Assembly: GCF_963921235.1 (NCBI RefSeq)
Contig: NC_086097.1
Span: 118,608,001 to 118,672,000 of the forward strand
Origin: Mobula hypostoma
Taxonomy: Eukaryota
DNA length: 64,000 nucleotides
Reading direction: 5' to 3'
Positions 63,188 through 64,000 of the stretch are shown piece by piece. The position numbers were made by a program, and so were the translations under genes. The notes under the pieces are model-generated. The model ran no database searches. It worked only from the letters and a program-made list of their open reading frames with translations, and was not told the origin of the DNA. Within the stretch, counting starts at the first letter, position 1. Every line of letters begins with the position of its first letter.

Positions 63188-63997
63188 GTCTAATGGCGCC
63201 TAACGGCAATTCCTTTACTTGCATCTTCGGAAACAGCTCTATTTCCATCTTTATTATCTCTATTTTTCCCTTTCAGGGTTCTTTTGAAGATCCTCACCTG
63301 GAGTTACACACTGACTGCGGTTCTTTGTGGGAATGGGAACCGCTCTTGGGGTTTCACAAACGGCCGTTGTTCAGCACACTGAGGGTTCGGCCTAAGAGCT
63401 CTGCTTGCCTTCGGAGGACTGGGATCTTGTGGTTCTAGAGACAGGGAGGTCAGAGGTCAGTGCCTCTGCAGGAGATCAGTGTGTCGTTAGAGATGGAAGA
63501 TCTCTGGCTGTGTGCCCAGAGACCTGAGATCTTTGGGCACAGAGCTTGGAAAAAGTGATGCAATGGATTTTTAACATCGTAAGCCAGCAAGTTGTTTGTT
63601 ATATCTCCCCTCTTGCTGTGAAACGGAGACATCTCTCTCTCCCTTATTAGAGAGAGAGAGAGAGAGAGAGCTTGTGGTATGTTGAATGTCAGGTGAACGA
63701 GTAGTACTTTGGAGTATTGCAAGTCTGTGTCTTTGCTGTTACCTTGCTCACGCTTGAGTGCTTGGTGGTGGGTGCCGATGTTTTTTTTTGCTGGTGGGGG
63801 TCGGGGGGATTGTTACTTGCTGCCGCTTTTGCGTAGGAGGGAGGGGAGCTGGGGGGACTTTGGGGTTCTACCATTTAACTGTCATTCATTCTTTGGGGCA
63901 CTCCTCTGTTTTCGTGGCTGGTTGTGAAGAAAAAGCATTTCAGGATGTATATTGTGTACATTTCTCTGACATTAAATGTACCTTTGAAACCTTTGAA
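63188..63997 (+). mobile_element. About 800-bp non-coding retroposon, copy 3
   Basis: Starts tctaatggcgcc; (GA)n at 63649-63670; ends attaaatgtacctttgaaacctttgaa. Confidence 0.85.
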
Positions 63998-64000
63998 CAA

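Overview
Vertebrate genomic DNA that appears intergenic or intronic and is densely filled with nested transposable elements. The mix of CR1, Rex1/Babar, RTE, Penelope, sushi-type Gypsy and Tc1 repeats suggests a cartilaginous fish, probably a batoid; this is inference from repeat families, not a database result. I found no recognisable host protein-coding exon, rRNA, tRNA gene or CRISPR array, and nearly all long ORFs in the track are TE-derived or are antisense shadows of TE ORFs. The main points of interest are: (1) a Gmr1-like LTR element whose Gag-protease runs in one 666-aa frame into an internally deleted, catalytically dead integrase/RT remnant; (2) a chromodomain Gypsy whose 3' end and 3' LTR lie inverted and displaced, shown by its ATGAT target-site duplication (TSD), at the 5' junction of a young Rex1 insertion; (3) Penelope elements with a minimal hammerhead-ribozyme motif, including fold-back micro-insertions with 14-bp TSDs; (4) a young GC-rich RTE LINE and a possible partner SINE; (5) a Chapaev3-like transposon; (6) a three-copy, roughly 800-bp non-coding retroposon. 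Coordinates of old, degenerate fragments are approximate.
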